A stretch of 54,024 nucleotides of DNA from an uncultured bacterium. Lineage in GTDB: Bacteria > Patescibacteriota > Minisyncoccia > Phycocordibacterales > PALSA-1337. The stretch lies in the NCBI GenBank assembly GCA_903872035.1, contig CAIQIZ010000011.1:1-54024 (forward strand), read 5' to 3'. The position numbers and the translations under genes were made by a program. Each line of letters opens with the position of its first letter. Position 1 is the first letter of the stretch. Below, in pieces: positions 18,828 through 30,017 of this stretch. The notes beneath the pieces are model-generated. The model saw nothing but the letters and a program-made list of their open reading frames with translations, did not search any database and was not told the origin of the DNA.

Positions 18828-19646
18828 ATGAAGACAGCACTAAAGATTGTAGCCTCCGTGATCGTCTGCATATTCGCTTTGATCGGCGTAGTCATGACGA
18901 TTGGCTTCGTCGCAATCAGGCTTCATTTGACCAACGTTCCTGGCATCGTTGATAACCAACATGATTATTTCAAGGACCAAGCCACAAGCGGGCAAAGCGG
19001 CAGCTACACAGATACCGAGTGGATAAAAAGCTCCGAATGGCAATCATTGAAGATAGCCATCTTCAAAGATCAATCGGATATTGAACGTGCGGCGAAAGCG
19101 GCTGATATCTCGCCACGCATGATAGTAGCGCCGCTCATCGTCGAACAGTTACGCCTATTCACAGACAATCGCGATCTATTCAAGAGCGTCTTCGAGCCAC
19201 TAAAGATCCTGGGTGTCCAAAGCCAATATTCCTGGGGAGTCATGGGAATCAAACAGGAAACGGCCAGACAGATCGAGGTTGGCGTAAGATCCAGCACCTC
19301 CACATATTATCTCGGACCAAAATACGAACACCTGCTCGATTCAACCTCGACCAATCCTGATACCACAAGGTTCAATCGCCTGACAGACGACAAGAATAGA
19401 TACTATTCATACCTCTACGCGGCTCTCTACGAAAAAGAGATACTGGGCCAATGGCAGAAGGCCGGTATAGATATCTCCAACCGACCAGATGTTCTCTTCA
19501 CTCTTTTCAACATCGGCTTTTCGCACTCTATTCCCCACACCGATCCACAAGTCGGCGGTGCAGAGATCAAGATAGGTTCTGTTACCTATAGTTTCGGCGG
19601 ACTAGCCGCGGATTTCTACTACTCAAGCGAGCTGTCTGAATTTTGA
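18828..19646 (+). CDS. Membrane-anchored hypothetical protein, possible lysozyme/transglycosylase-like fold
   Basis: N-terminal TM helix; IERAAKAADISPRMIVAPLIVEQ and SWGVMGIK resemble lysozyme-like motifs (weak). Confidence 0.55.
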   Translation: MKTALKIVASVIVCIFALIGVVMTIGFVAIRLHLTNVPGIVDNQHDYFKDQATSGQSGSYTDTEWIKSSEWQSLKIAIFKDQSDIERAAKAADISPRMIVAPLIVEQLRLFTDNRDLFKSVFEPLKILGVQSQYSWGVMGIKQETARQIEVGVRSSTSTYYLGPKYEHLLDSTSTNPDTTRFNRLTDDKNRYYSYLYAALYEKEILGQWQKAGIDISNRPDVLFTLFNIGFSHSIPHTDPQVGGAEIKIGSVTYSFGGLAADFYYSSELSEF

Positions 19647-21113
19647 TCACCTCCAGTTTGGGAACCACATCCTGGACTGTAATTGTTCTTGTGAGAGAGG
19701 GGTACCGTATGATATCGGACTCCAGAAAATGAAAGCTGTCAGAGCCAATAGGATGGCCGCGCCTATCAGGATATATTTGCGCCTGCCTTTGAGCTGATCA
19801 AGAATGTAGGCGATCGCCAATATTGAAAAAACAAGGGCAGCCTGATAATGGTAGAGGAACATGACTCGGCCAATGAAAATGAATGGCAGGAAATTCACAA
19901 GGAATCCGACGGCGATGAATACCGGTGCACGATGGACGATCTTTCGATCTTTCACCAATGATCCGATCGACAGCAACCATAGACCGTTCACGATGAGGCC
20001 GGTCATGACCAAGGCTCCAAGCCAGTATATGAAGGGATTGCCGAAGAGATAAATATAAGAATTGACATCTCGGTCAGCGATCGGCGCCGTTGCAGTCCCC
20101 TCCACCATCGCTGCCGTCGACGAAGCTGACCCCTGCCAGTAGAATATCGGTCTGGCCATGAATGGCCAGGTATACCATTTGCTGGAATATTGATGGGCAG
20201 CATTCATGTGAGCGTTCACACTGTACATCTGTTCATTCAGTTCAAAAAATTTGACTAGGAAACCCGGCGTAGAGATGGTCGGATCGTTACGGTATGTACT
20301 ATCGATCAAAGTCTTTTGGAATGCTGCCGACATGAAGGCGTTTCCCTGGCCAGACTTTGGCAACAAGGTAAAATGCACAGCGAAAGTCACCATGTACACG
20401 GTTAGACCGACGACCAACAGCACGACAAAAAACTTGATGGCATGCTTTATAGCCACCATCTTTCGAGGCGCTCCGACGATATCCCAGAGTTCGATAAGCA
20501 CTATGATCAGGCTGAAGGCTAAACCTGTCCATTTGAAATCGAAAGCCACCGCTGCCCATAGAGCCGTTAAGATAAGCCATCCACAACGTCGCATTTCGAA
20601 GCGCTTCGTAAATGTAACCGGCACTTTCAAGGAACGATATTGCAGATACGCAGCCAAGGATGTAAATCCTGCCAAGATAAGCATGCTATCCAGAAAGGCG
20701 AACCTGGATTGGACAAGCAAAGAATTCTCCAGGATTATGAAAAGGCCTGCCGAAAAAGCCGCCAAAGCAGAAAAGCGCAGACGCCGACAGAGCCAGTATA
20801 CGACCAGAGGCAATAGGATACCGGCTAGAAGAGGCAGAAGCCGATACCAAATGTATGTATCCGTCTGATACTTGTTCCCGATGTTCGAATAATCATGATT
20901 GATGCCGCTGATACCAGAAAGATGACCCGCAGCGGCGAGCAAGAGCTTCCCCAACGGCGGGTGAGGATCGAAATAGTATGTTCCCAAAGAGTAATCGTTG
21001 GCATACGTCACGAAATAGACCTCGTCAAAGACGACTTCAGCCGGACGCGGAAAGAACAAAAGATGCGTAGCGGCGCTTAGGACAAAGAGTGCCAATAGAA
21101 GGTATTTATTCAT
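19647..21113 (-). CDS. Protein O-mannosyltransferase-like (PMT/GT39) phospholipid-carrier-dependent glycosyltransferase
   Basis: VVFDEVYF, FDPHPPLGKLL, LVQSRFAFLD, KWTG, HQYSSKWYTWP, GNP and RVMFLYHY are the PMT motif series. Confidence 0.9.
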   Translation of the reverse strand: MNKYLLLALFVLSAATHLLFFPRPAEVVFDEVYFVTYANDYSLGTYYFDPHPPLGKLLLAAAGHLSGISGINHDYSNIGNKYQTDTYIWYRLLPLLAGILLPLVVYWLCRRLRFSALAAFSAGLFIILENSLLVQSRFAFLDSMLILAGFTSLAAYLQYRSLKVPVTFTKRFEMRRCGWLILTALWAAVAFDFKWTGLAFSLIIVLIELWDIVGAPRKMVAIKHAIKFFVVLLVVGLTVYMVTFAVHFTLLPKSGQGNAFMSAAFQKTLIDSTYRNDPTISTPGFLVKFFELNEQMYSVNAHMNAAHQYSSKWYTWPFMARPIFYWQGSASSTAAMVEGTATAPIADRDVNSYIYLFGNPFIYWLGALVMTGLIVNGLWLLSIGSLVKDRKIVHRAPVFIAVGFLVNFLPFIFIGRVMFLYHYQAALVFSILAIAYILDQLKGRRKYILIGAAILLALTAFIFWSPISYGTPLSQEQLQSRMWFPNWR

Positions 21114-21807
21114 GCTTAAAATATAAATCGCGATAGACTAGCCAGCTGTCCTTCAAGGCTCTCATGATAACATGCGGCTTGGCACCACTGGAATGACCGA
21201 GTTGACGCGGTAAATGCTTAACCGGAACCTCCTTGAAAGCCAGGCCGGACCGCTTCAAACGGATAAGCAATTCCGCCGAAAACATCGCTCCGCCAGAGAT
21301 CATTGGCAGATCGGACACTGCTTCAGTCTTGAATAATTTGAAGGCGCAGTCTATATCACGAACCTTCAATCCAAAGACTGTCCGTATAAATATATTCCAA
21401 AGGAAAGCATTCAGGAGACGAAGATGGTTATCTTTGCGCGGATTCCGGAATCCAATTATAATTTTGTATTCCGGTACCCATGGCAATAATTTCTTGATCT
21501 CCCCGATATCAAATTGCAGATCGCCATCGGTGAAAAAGACATATTCAAAACGGGCAGACTCGATTCCGCTCATGACTGCCGCACCATATCCTTTGTTGAG
21601 CCGATGATGAACCAGGCGAATTCGTGGATCTCCCGCCGCGATCTCTTCGGCGATCTCTCGAGTCCGGTCTGTACTTCCGTCATTGACGATGATGACTTCG
21701 AAATCAGTTATCTCCCGAATCGTCGTGAGGACATGCGAAACAGCGTCTGTAGCCGATCTGATATTTTCCTCTTCATTGTGAAAAGGTAAGAATACTGATA
21801 AGCGCAT
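21106..21807 (-). CDS. GT2 glycosyltransferase, polyprenol-phosphate mannose synthase (DPM1)-like
   Basis: LPFHNEEENI, VNDGSTDRT, NKGYGAA, FTDGDLQF, DIDCAFKLF; overlaps the PMT start. Confidence 0.85.
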   Translation of the reverse strand: MRLSVFLPFHNEEENIRSATDAVSHVLTTIREITDFEVIIVNDGSTDRTREIAEEIAAGDPRIRLVHHRLNKGYGAAVMSGIESARFEYVFFTDGDLQFDIGEIKKLLPWVPEYKIIIGFRNPRKDNHLRLLNAFLWNIFIRTVFGLKVRDIDCAFKLFKTEAVSDLPMISGGAMFSAELLIRLKRSGLAFKEVPVKHLPRQLGHSSGAKPHVIMRALKDSWLVYRDLYFKHE

Positions 21808-22385
21808 CAGATATAGTAGAACTCCTCAAAGACTTTCCTGTACCTTCCGATCGTTTGTTTGGCTTCATATTGATTCAAGACAAATCCTGGGGTGTGGGCG
21901 ATCTCGTTTCTGACTTTATGCGCTTCCCAGGCATCATCCAAAGATTTCATATCTCCTTTCGCCACCCTTTTCAATTTTTCACCGATACTCTCGCCACGGT
22001 ATCCCATCTTTGTCAGCAGATCGTCTAGGATGATATCAGCATCGATTATGGCCTGTTTCCAATCATTCTCATTGTGAGACTCGATATGCTTCATGGTATT
22101 TTCCCAGCGATGAGCCATGACCGTGTCGCCTGCATTTCCAGCCTCGAAGGCCGGCTCGACTTTGAGGTCGTGCATGGCCCCTTCTTTATTACGGATCTTT
22201 TTCAAGCCTTCGACACAATAAATGATACCTATTAGAAGGAAAAATGAGATAGGTATAGAGATGCCTACGAGGAATCCGAAGATATGTTGGACAGATACTA
22301 TCGCCGATGGGTACCAGTTGATGAGCTTAGTCAGCAGTTCATTGATGATCGGCACCATTCCGCTCGGATGTGCTATTGGGGTCAT
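21807..22385 (-). CDS. Membrane-anchored conserved hypothetical protein with HEPN-like RxxxxH motif
   Basis: TM helix, then WKQAIIDADIILDDLL...AWEAHKVRNEIAH. Confidence 0.7.
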   Translation of the reverse strand: MTPIAHPSGMVPIINELLTKLINWYPSAIVSVQHIFGFLVGISIPISFFLLIGIIYCVEGLKKIRNKEGAMHDLKVEPAFEAGNAGDTVMAHRWENTMKHIESHNENDWKQAIIDADIILDDLLTKMGYRGESIGEKLKRVAKGDMKSLDDAWEAHKVRNEIAHTPGFVLNQYEAKQTIGRYRKVFEEFYYI

Positions 22386-22479
22386 GGATTATAGTATAGC
22401 GACAAGTGAGGAATTGTGGAAGCGAAGCTTACACATATTCCGAGCGCAGTCGATATATGAGCGAAGCGAATATACAACT

Positions 22480-23949
22480 CTATTGCTCATTCAGAAAATC
22501 CTTACCGGCGGAGAAAAGCGCAGTTTCATCACCATGTCGAGCTGTGAGCTGAAGGCCGATGGGTAAAACCCCTACGCTTCCACAAGGTATGGAAACAGCC
22601 GGCATACCGGTTATGTTAGCTGTCACGGTAAATATATCCTCGAGATACATAGCAACCGGGTCGTCGGTTTTTTCGCCTATATTGAAAGCTGGAGAAGGCG
22701 CTGTTGGAGTAGCAACAAGGTCGACGTCTTGAAAAGCTTTAAGGAAATCGTCAGTTATCATGCGTCGTACCGCATTGGCACGATTGTAATAAGCGTCGTA
22801 ATAGCCTGAGGACAACACATAGGTTCCAAGAAGGATCCGACGGATGACCTCTCGGCCTAGGCCGGCGCGGCGAGTTTCGAAATAATCATCGATACCATTC
22901 TTCCCATCAACATGCAGACCGAATCTGACACCATCGAATCGCGCCATGTTAGCGGATACTTCGGCCGGCATCACGATGTAATACACCATTAGAGCATAAG
23001 AGATATTTGGTAACTGGATATCACGGATCTCATAACCCTTCTCTTTAAATAATGTAAGAGCCGATTCAAATGATTTCAAAACATCCTTATTGATACCATC
23101 TCCCCCAAGGAAATGTCGGGGTACCCCAATGATTGGTTTGGCAGATAGGAGGCCAGGCCTTGGTAGCCTTGTAGCGAAGGCCTGGCCTCTGTGTTCATCG
23201 ACTGTCGTACCATCTTTAATATCTTTTCCACGAATAGCATTGAAAACGATTTCCGCATCGGTGACTGTCTTTGTGAGCGGTCCTATCTGATCGAGCGAGG
23301 AACCCATGGCCATAACGCCATAGCGTGAGACAGCTCCATATGTAGGCTTGAGTCCGACAACGCCACAGAAACTCGCTGGCTGGCGTATGGATCCCCCAGT
23401 ATCAGAACCGAGAGCAAAGAGCGATCCGTCCATAGCCACGGATGCAGCCGACCCTCCTGAGGAACCACCAGCGACACGCTTCAGATCAAAAGGATTCTTG
23501 GTGACACCATAAGCCGAGTTCTCGGTAGAGCCGCCCATCGCAAATTCATCCATATTAGTTCGACCCAGGAATATCGCACCCTCCTTCTCAAGTTTGGAAA
23601 TGACAGTCGCATTATAAGTCGCATGATAGTCCTCCAAGATCTTTGAGGAACTGCTGGCAATCTTGCCCTTAATGAGAATATTGTCTTTGGTGGCGCAAGG
23701 AATACCCAGAAGCATCGAGCCTTGATCTTCGATCTTTGATTTTTTGTTTCTAATTTCGGCTATTTTAACATCTGCTTTCTTCGCCGCTTCCAACGCATCA
23801 TCGAAGACTTGAAGATAAGCATTGATATCTTTATTCTTCTTGGCGATCACATCCAAATAGGCTTGCGTCAATTCAACCGAAGTAAAATCGCCAGCCATCA
23901 GATGGTCATGGGCCTTCTTTATCGTTAAGTTGTGCAAATCGATTTTCAT
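22480..23949 (-). CDS. gatA: Asp/Glu-tRNA amidotransferase subunit A
   Basis: Amidase signature GGSSGGSAA, GSDTGGSIRQPASFCG, NMDEFAMG, RRILLGTYVLSSGYYDAYY. Confidence 0.97.
   Translation of the reverse strand: MKIDLHNLTIKKAHDHLMAGDFTSVELTQAYLDVIAKKNKDINAYLQVFDDALEAAKKADVKIAEIRNKKSKIEDQGSMLLGIPCATKDNILIKGKIASSSSKILEDYHATYNATVISKLEKEGAIFLGRTNMDEFAMGGSTENSAYGVTKNPFDLKRVAGGSSGGSAASVAMDGSLFALGSDTGGSIRQPASFCGVVGLKPTYGAVSRYGVMAMGSSLDQIGPLTKTVTDAEIVFNAIRGKDIKDGTTVDEHRGQAFATRLPRPGLLSAKPIIGVPRHFLGGDGINKDVLKSFESALTLFKEKGYEIRDIQLPNISYALMVYYIVMPAEVSANMARFDGVRFGLHVDGKNGIDDYFETRRAGLGREVIRRILLGTYVLSSGYYDAYYNRANAVRRMITDDFLKAFQDVDLVATPTAPSPAFNIGEKTDDPVAMYLEDIFTVTANITGMPAVSIPCGSVGVLPIGLQLTARHGDETALFSAGKDFLNEQ
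23149..23189. repeat. In-frame palindromic insert in gatA (perfect 13-bp inverted repeat)
   Basis: GAGGCCAGGCCTT (23149-23161) / AAGGCCTGGCCTC (23177-23189); encodes RGQAFATRLPRPGL. Confidence 0.85.
23714..23757. repeat. In-frame degenerate heptamer tandem repeat in gatA
   Basis: atcgagc-cttgatc-ttcgatc-tttgatt-ttttgtt-tctaatt (6 x 7 = 42 nt); encodes EIRNKKSKIEDQGS. Confidence 0.65.
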
Positions 23950-23965
23950 ATTTACTCTTATGCGA

Positions 23966-24259
23966 TTAGTCTTGCGCGATAATCTTCTTCACAGCAATGA
24001 AATCCCCTTCTCTATCTGGCGCTTCATCAAGCAACCGCTCGCGATCTTCTGGCGAGACAGACTCTACTACGTCTGGACGCATGACATTCTTCACGGCACC
24101 GACGCGACCCTCAGCATCCATCTTTACCGGCACTTTCTTCAATTGGTCGACATAAGCCAAAATGGAGTCGAACTCTTTGATGAGCGACTTCTTATCCTCT
24201 TCGCTGAGCTTTATGCGGCTCAAGGTAGCCAAATGTTCCAATTCTTTGACGGTAATCAT
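23966..24259 (-). CDS. gatC: Asp/Glu-tRNA amidotransferase subunit C
   Basis: LEHLATLSRIKL, ILAYVDQL, NVMRPD, APDREGDFIAVKKI; directly upstream of gatA. Confidence 0.93.
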   Translation of the reverse strand: MITVKELEHLATLSRIKLSEEDKKSLIKEFDSILAYVDQLKKVPVKMDAEGRVGAVKNVMRPDVVESVSPEDRERLLDEAPDREGDFIAVKKIIAQD

Positions 24260-24329
24260 GCTGTTTATTTATTAGGCGATTGTAACATGCTGCAAAGAGA
24301 CGCGAAAGTACAGCTCAACCCACCGAGGT

Positions 24330-26579
<2,250 letters not shown>

Positions 26580-26592
26580 CTATCATAATTTA

Positions 26593-27147
26593 TCAATCTG
26601 GACTCGGCGCTTGTTGTGATTGATTGGTGATAATGATCTCTGGAACAGTATATTCTAAATAAGTCAGCCTGATAGCTCTTTCTGTTGTACGCGGCCCAGC
26701 CAGAGGACAGCTGCTACCGTCGCTCATATTGTATCCTCGTGACTCTACGATAGACTTTGGATTAAAAGGACTTGAATCGTCACGTCCAATAGTTATAGTG
26801 ACCAACGCACAAGTTGATCCAAAAAATATCGGTATGGGCGGCGTTTGTTTAACAGAGTCATGAAAATGCATATCCGGCACGTCGTTCTTGTTAACATTAA
26901 CATCAAAAGCTATTCCCAGATTTTGACCATTACAGGAAAAATATGCGAATTTATTCTGGAAGGCTTGAGCCACGCATTCTATCCCGCTATCTGCCGCGTA
27001 GATCGCCATCGTCGAATCACGTGCCACCGATGCCAAAATCATTTGTTTGCGGCTGATAGACGCGATGAAAGCAGCGATGGACAAGACGATCGCTGAAACG
27101 ATGATGGCGAAGAGGAGCGTATAGCCTTTTTGTCCGTGTATCATCAT
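26593..27147 (-). CDS. PilX/PilK-like minor pilin (no Glu5)
   Basis: QKG|YTLLFAIIVS prepilin-like N-terminus, AIYAADSGIECV, ESRGYN, ERAI. Confidence 0.8.
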   Translation of the reverse strand: MMIHGQKGYTLLFAIIVSAIVLSIAAFIASISRKQMILASVARDSTMAIYAADSGIECVAQAFQNKFAYFSCNGQNLGIAFDVNVNKNDVPDMHFHDSVKQTPPIPIFFGSTCALVTITIGRDDSSPFNPKSIVESRGYNMSDGSSCPLAGPRTTERAIRLTYLEYTVPEIIITNQSQQAPSPD

Positions 27148-27148
27148 A

Positions 27149-27571
27149 TTATCGTATGCCATTAGTAATTAATTCTCGTAAATTCACACTATCGCTCCCA
27201 CCGGAAGGAGTTGCCCAAGAAACTTTTACATTTGGCATATATTGAGTTGTAGTGCCGGTCGATAACCAGTCGGTGGTTATAGTGAACAATTGACGCTCCC
27301 CGGTATTAGTACAAAGAAGGTCCGTAACACAATCGCTCCAACCCGTGGGAAATTGACCGCCAGCAGTGGCTAATGAGTTGTCTTTTTGATTGCTGATATA
27401 TTCGAGAGCCTCCTGTGCCAGATTGTAGGCGACTGCCTCATTACGCGCGTTAAGAGCCGCGGTATAAGCTTTGTTGGCAGCGGTGAGCGGTCCGGCGATA
27501 GCTATCATCAGGATGGCGATGGCCACCAGTGTCTCGACTATCGTAAATCCTTTTTGATTTCTCGTGATCAT
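27149..27571 (-). CDS. Minor pilin (PilV-like)
   Basis: MITRNQKG|FTIVETLVAIAIL, AYNLAQEALEYI; start reassigned to 27571. Confidence 0.85.
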   Translation of the reverse strand: MITRNQKGFTIVETLVAIAILMIAIAGPLTAANKAYTAALNARNEAVAYNLAQEALEYISNQKDNSLATAGGQFPTGWSDCVTDLLCTNTGERQLFTITTDWLSTGTTTQYMPNVKVSWATPSGGSDSVNLRELITNGIR

Positions 27572-27579
27572 AAGATTGA

Positions 27580-28098
27580 TTAATCGGCGATACGCTGGGA
27601 AACGCCTGTCTGAATATCGAATGAATTTTGATCCTGCGAGCGCGCGCCGACAGAAGAACCTGCGAGGTGGATAAATATCCAATTATAGCCACCTGGACGC
27701 GCGGTCATTGTTAACTCTGAACCGCTCAAAGCGATACCACTATCGAGAATTGGGGAGGAACTATATGAGCCACAACCAGATTGTGACTTGTATATATTAT
27801 CCGAGATTACATATGTATATGTAATAGGGTTCTTACAACTATCAACATTAGGCGATAAAAACGAAACGCTATTAGACCCGCCGACAAATTTCGAACCCAT
27901 GCGCATTTCTCTGGACATCATTTCCAAAGCAGACGAAACATTGGTTATAGTCTTTTGCAGAGTCTGCGCTTGTCTATTTAAGGCCGTGATTCGCACCAGA
28001 GAACCGATCGCAAATACAGCTACTACGGTAAATATTCCCAGGGATACGAGCATCTCCAGAAGAGTGAAACCGCTTTGTTTGTGATGATGCGTAATCAT
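27580..28098 (-). CDS. Minor pilin (PilW-like)
   Basis: QSG|FTLLEMLVSLGIF, ALEMMSREMR. Confidence 0.85.
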   Translation of the reverse strand: MITHHHKQSGFTLLEMLVSLGIFTVVAVFAIGSLVRITALNRQAQTLQKTITNVSSALEMMSREMRMGSKFVGGSNSVSFLSPNVDSCKNPITYTYVISDNIYKSQSGCGSYSSSPILDSGIALSGSELTMTARPGGYNWIFIHLAGSSVGARSQDQNSFDIQTGVSQRIAD

Positions 28099-28115
28099 GA
28101 ATGTGACCACCGCTC

Positions 28116-28724
28116 TTAGTATGTTGTGCTACTAGTACTACCGGTGTAACAGGTCGTATCGCTTTCCACACTGATCTGGCCGCTTTGACGAACGATAATA
28201 TTACGACAAGAGGTCTTATCGCCGGATATGATCGTTAACCTGACAAAGTTATATGTCGTCGTTTTATTAAGATTGGGGGCAATGATTATCGCGCTAGGAT
28301 CAGGTCTTTTGAATGTGATATCTACGGTACCAGCGGAACTAGAATCACAACTACTACCATTTCCGATGCAGATATTGGATATCAGAGCGTTTTGTTGCAA
28401 ATGATAAGTGGTCACGGAACCGTCACCGACGACGTCATATACCCCATCGCTATTTGTATCGATGAATAATGGGAAGTAAGAAGTGTTCATCCGAAATTCT
28501 ACTCCGTATGGATAGCTGAAATTAGGACTGCTGGCGCTTGTCGTCATGACGCTTACGCCATACGTCTGTGCCTGACGAATGACTAGGGCGATATCGTAGG
28601 CCGTGTTGGTAAGCAATATGCCAGAATTATAAGAGTTATACCTAGCCAAAACGAGCGCTGTCATAAAGACAAAGATACTGATCGTAACCATGAGCTCTAT
28701 CAAAGTGAAGCCTCGCCTTGTCAT
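28116..28724 (-). CDS. Minor pilin (FimT/FimU-like)
   Basis: RRG|FTLIELMVTISI, DIALVIRQAQ, YGVEF, ITFKRP. Confidence 0.85.
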   Translation of the reverse strand: MTRRGFTLIELMVTISIFVFMTALVLARYNSYNSGILLTNTAYDIALVIRQAQTYGVSVMTTSASSPNFSYPYGVEFRMNTSYFPLFIDTNSDGVYDVVGDGSVTTYHLQQNALISNICIGNGSSCDSSSAGTVDITFKRPDPSAIIIAPNLNKTTTYNFVRLTIISGDKTSCRNIIVRQSGQISVESDTTCYTGSTSSTTY

Positions 28725-28748
28725 ATATAGAATTATAACCTAAACGTC

Positions 28749-29552
28749 TTAAAGTAACGAGTTTATAACTGTCTTCAATAGACCAACATCCAATACCTGA
28801 ATGCCAAAAAGAAGCACCAGATACATGCCTAATATGAGATATGGCCCAAATGGTATCTCCGTTCGTGGCTTAAAGTGTCCATAGGTCACAAAAAGCCAGA
28901 TAATGCTAACGATAGCAGCGATCCAGAAAGCTAAAACGATAGCATTTATTCCTGCAGCAATACCAAGGAACCATCCTATGCCTAAAACTAGTTTAGCATC
29001 GCCTAGGCCCATCCACGTGCCTTTGGAAACCGCCCAAAGCAAGGCGAACGGTAATGCCAAGACCGGTCCAGCTACCAAAGCCGATATGGTTGGTATGTGA
29101 AGCCATGACGATCCGCCAACGCACAGATTGATTAGGGACAACAAAACAAATGAATATACGAATTGGTCCGGGATGATCTTGTGCTTTATATCGTAAACGG
29201 AAATGACGATAAGCAAGCACGTGGCTACGATATAGATCAAAGTAGTAACGGCCGAAAATATCGTCATCGGCGGGAATGTGAAGAATATCATGACGAATAT
29301 GACCCCGGCACAGAATTCAACCAGCGGATATTGCCAGGAGATCTTGCTCTTGCACTTCTTGCAGCTTCCCTTCTGGTAGGCAAAGCTAAGCAATGGGACC
29401 AATTCCTTCCAAGTCAATTGCTCCCCACAAGACATGCACTTCGACCGTCCATTAATGCCCATACCCGTATTGAATCGCAGCGAGACCACGTTCAAAAAAC
29501 TGCCGACTACGGTGCCGAAGACGAATGAGAGTATGAGCGAGAGAGTATCCAT
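28749..29552 (-). CDS. pilD: Prepilin peptidase (A24)
   Basis: GSFLNVV, RSKCMSC...CKKC, YPLVE, YDIKH, MGLGDAKL, IPFGPYL. Confidence 0.95.
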   Translation of the reverse strand: MDTLSLILSFVFGTVVGSFLNVVSLRFNTGMGINGRSKCMSCGEQLTWKELVPLLSFAYQKGSCKKCKSKISWQYPLVEFCAGVIFVMIFFTFPPMTIFSAVTTLIYIVATCLLIVISVYDIKHKIIPDQFVYSFVLLSLINLCVGGSSWLHIPTISALVAGPVLALPFALLWAVSKGTWMGLGDAKLVLGIGWFLGIAAGINAIVLAFWIAAIVSIIWLFVTYGHFKPRTEIPFGPYLILGMYLVLLFGIQVLDVGLLKTVINSLL

Positions 29553-30017
29553 TTATTTCGGCCCAACGCAATAGTTATAAGTGGAGGCTGTTGAATTACT
29601 AGCACAATTTAAATTTCCAGCATAGGGATCGCTTGAAAGACCGTCTTGAATTGCCGCATTATTATTTTCTAGACAAGTTTGCAGAACGTAGTCGGTAGGT
29701 TTGTTGTTATCGTTAATATCATAACCGTAACTCGAGACACAACTCCCACCCACTGGAGCAGTAGGCATAGTAGAGATATAAACAGTTCCACTGTTGTTTA
29801 TCGAATTCAAGGTAGTCGGATATGCGTTATTATGATCAAAATATTGTTCCAGAGCCCCCTGGATCTGTGCCAGATCCGAAACCCTTTTCCCATCGCGCGC
29901 CTTGGCCTTCGCGCTAGCAAGAGAAACGATGACCATCGCACTCAAGATGCCAATAATGGCGCAGACTACCATCAGTTCAATAAGCGTAAACCCTCTACTT
30001 TTTGAATGTATTTTCAT
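29553..30017 (-). CDS. Type IV pilin / GspG-like pseudopilin
   Basis: SRG|FTLIELMVVCAIIGILS, KARDGKRVSDL, ALEQY...YP. Confidence 0.9.
   Translation of the reverse strand: MKIHSKSRGFTLIELMVVCAIIGILSAMVIVSLASAKAKARDGKRVSDLAQIQGALEQYFDHNNAYPTTLNSINNSGTVYISTMPTAPVGGSCVSSYGYDINDNNKPTDYVLQTCLENNNAAIQDGLSSDPYAGNLNCASNSTASTYNYCVGPK

Noticed and set aside
20071-20132. Possible palindromic insert in the PMT gene (SASSTAAMVEGTATAPIAD)
   Set aside because: Only ~7-bp complementary stretches, compatible with chance.
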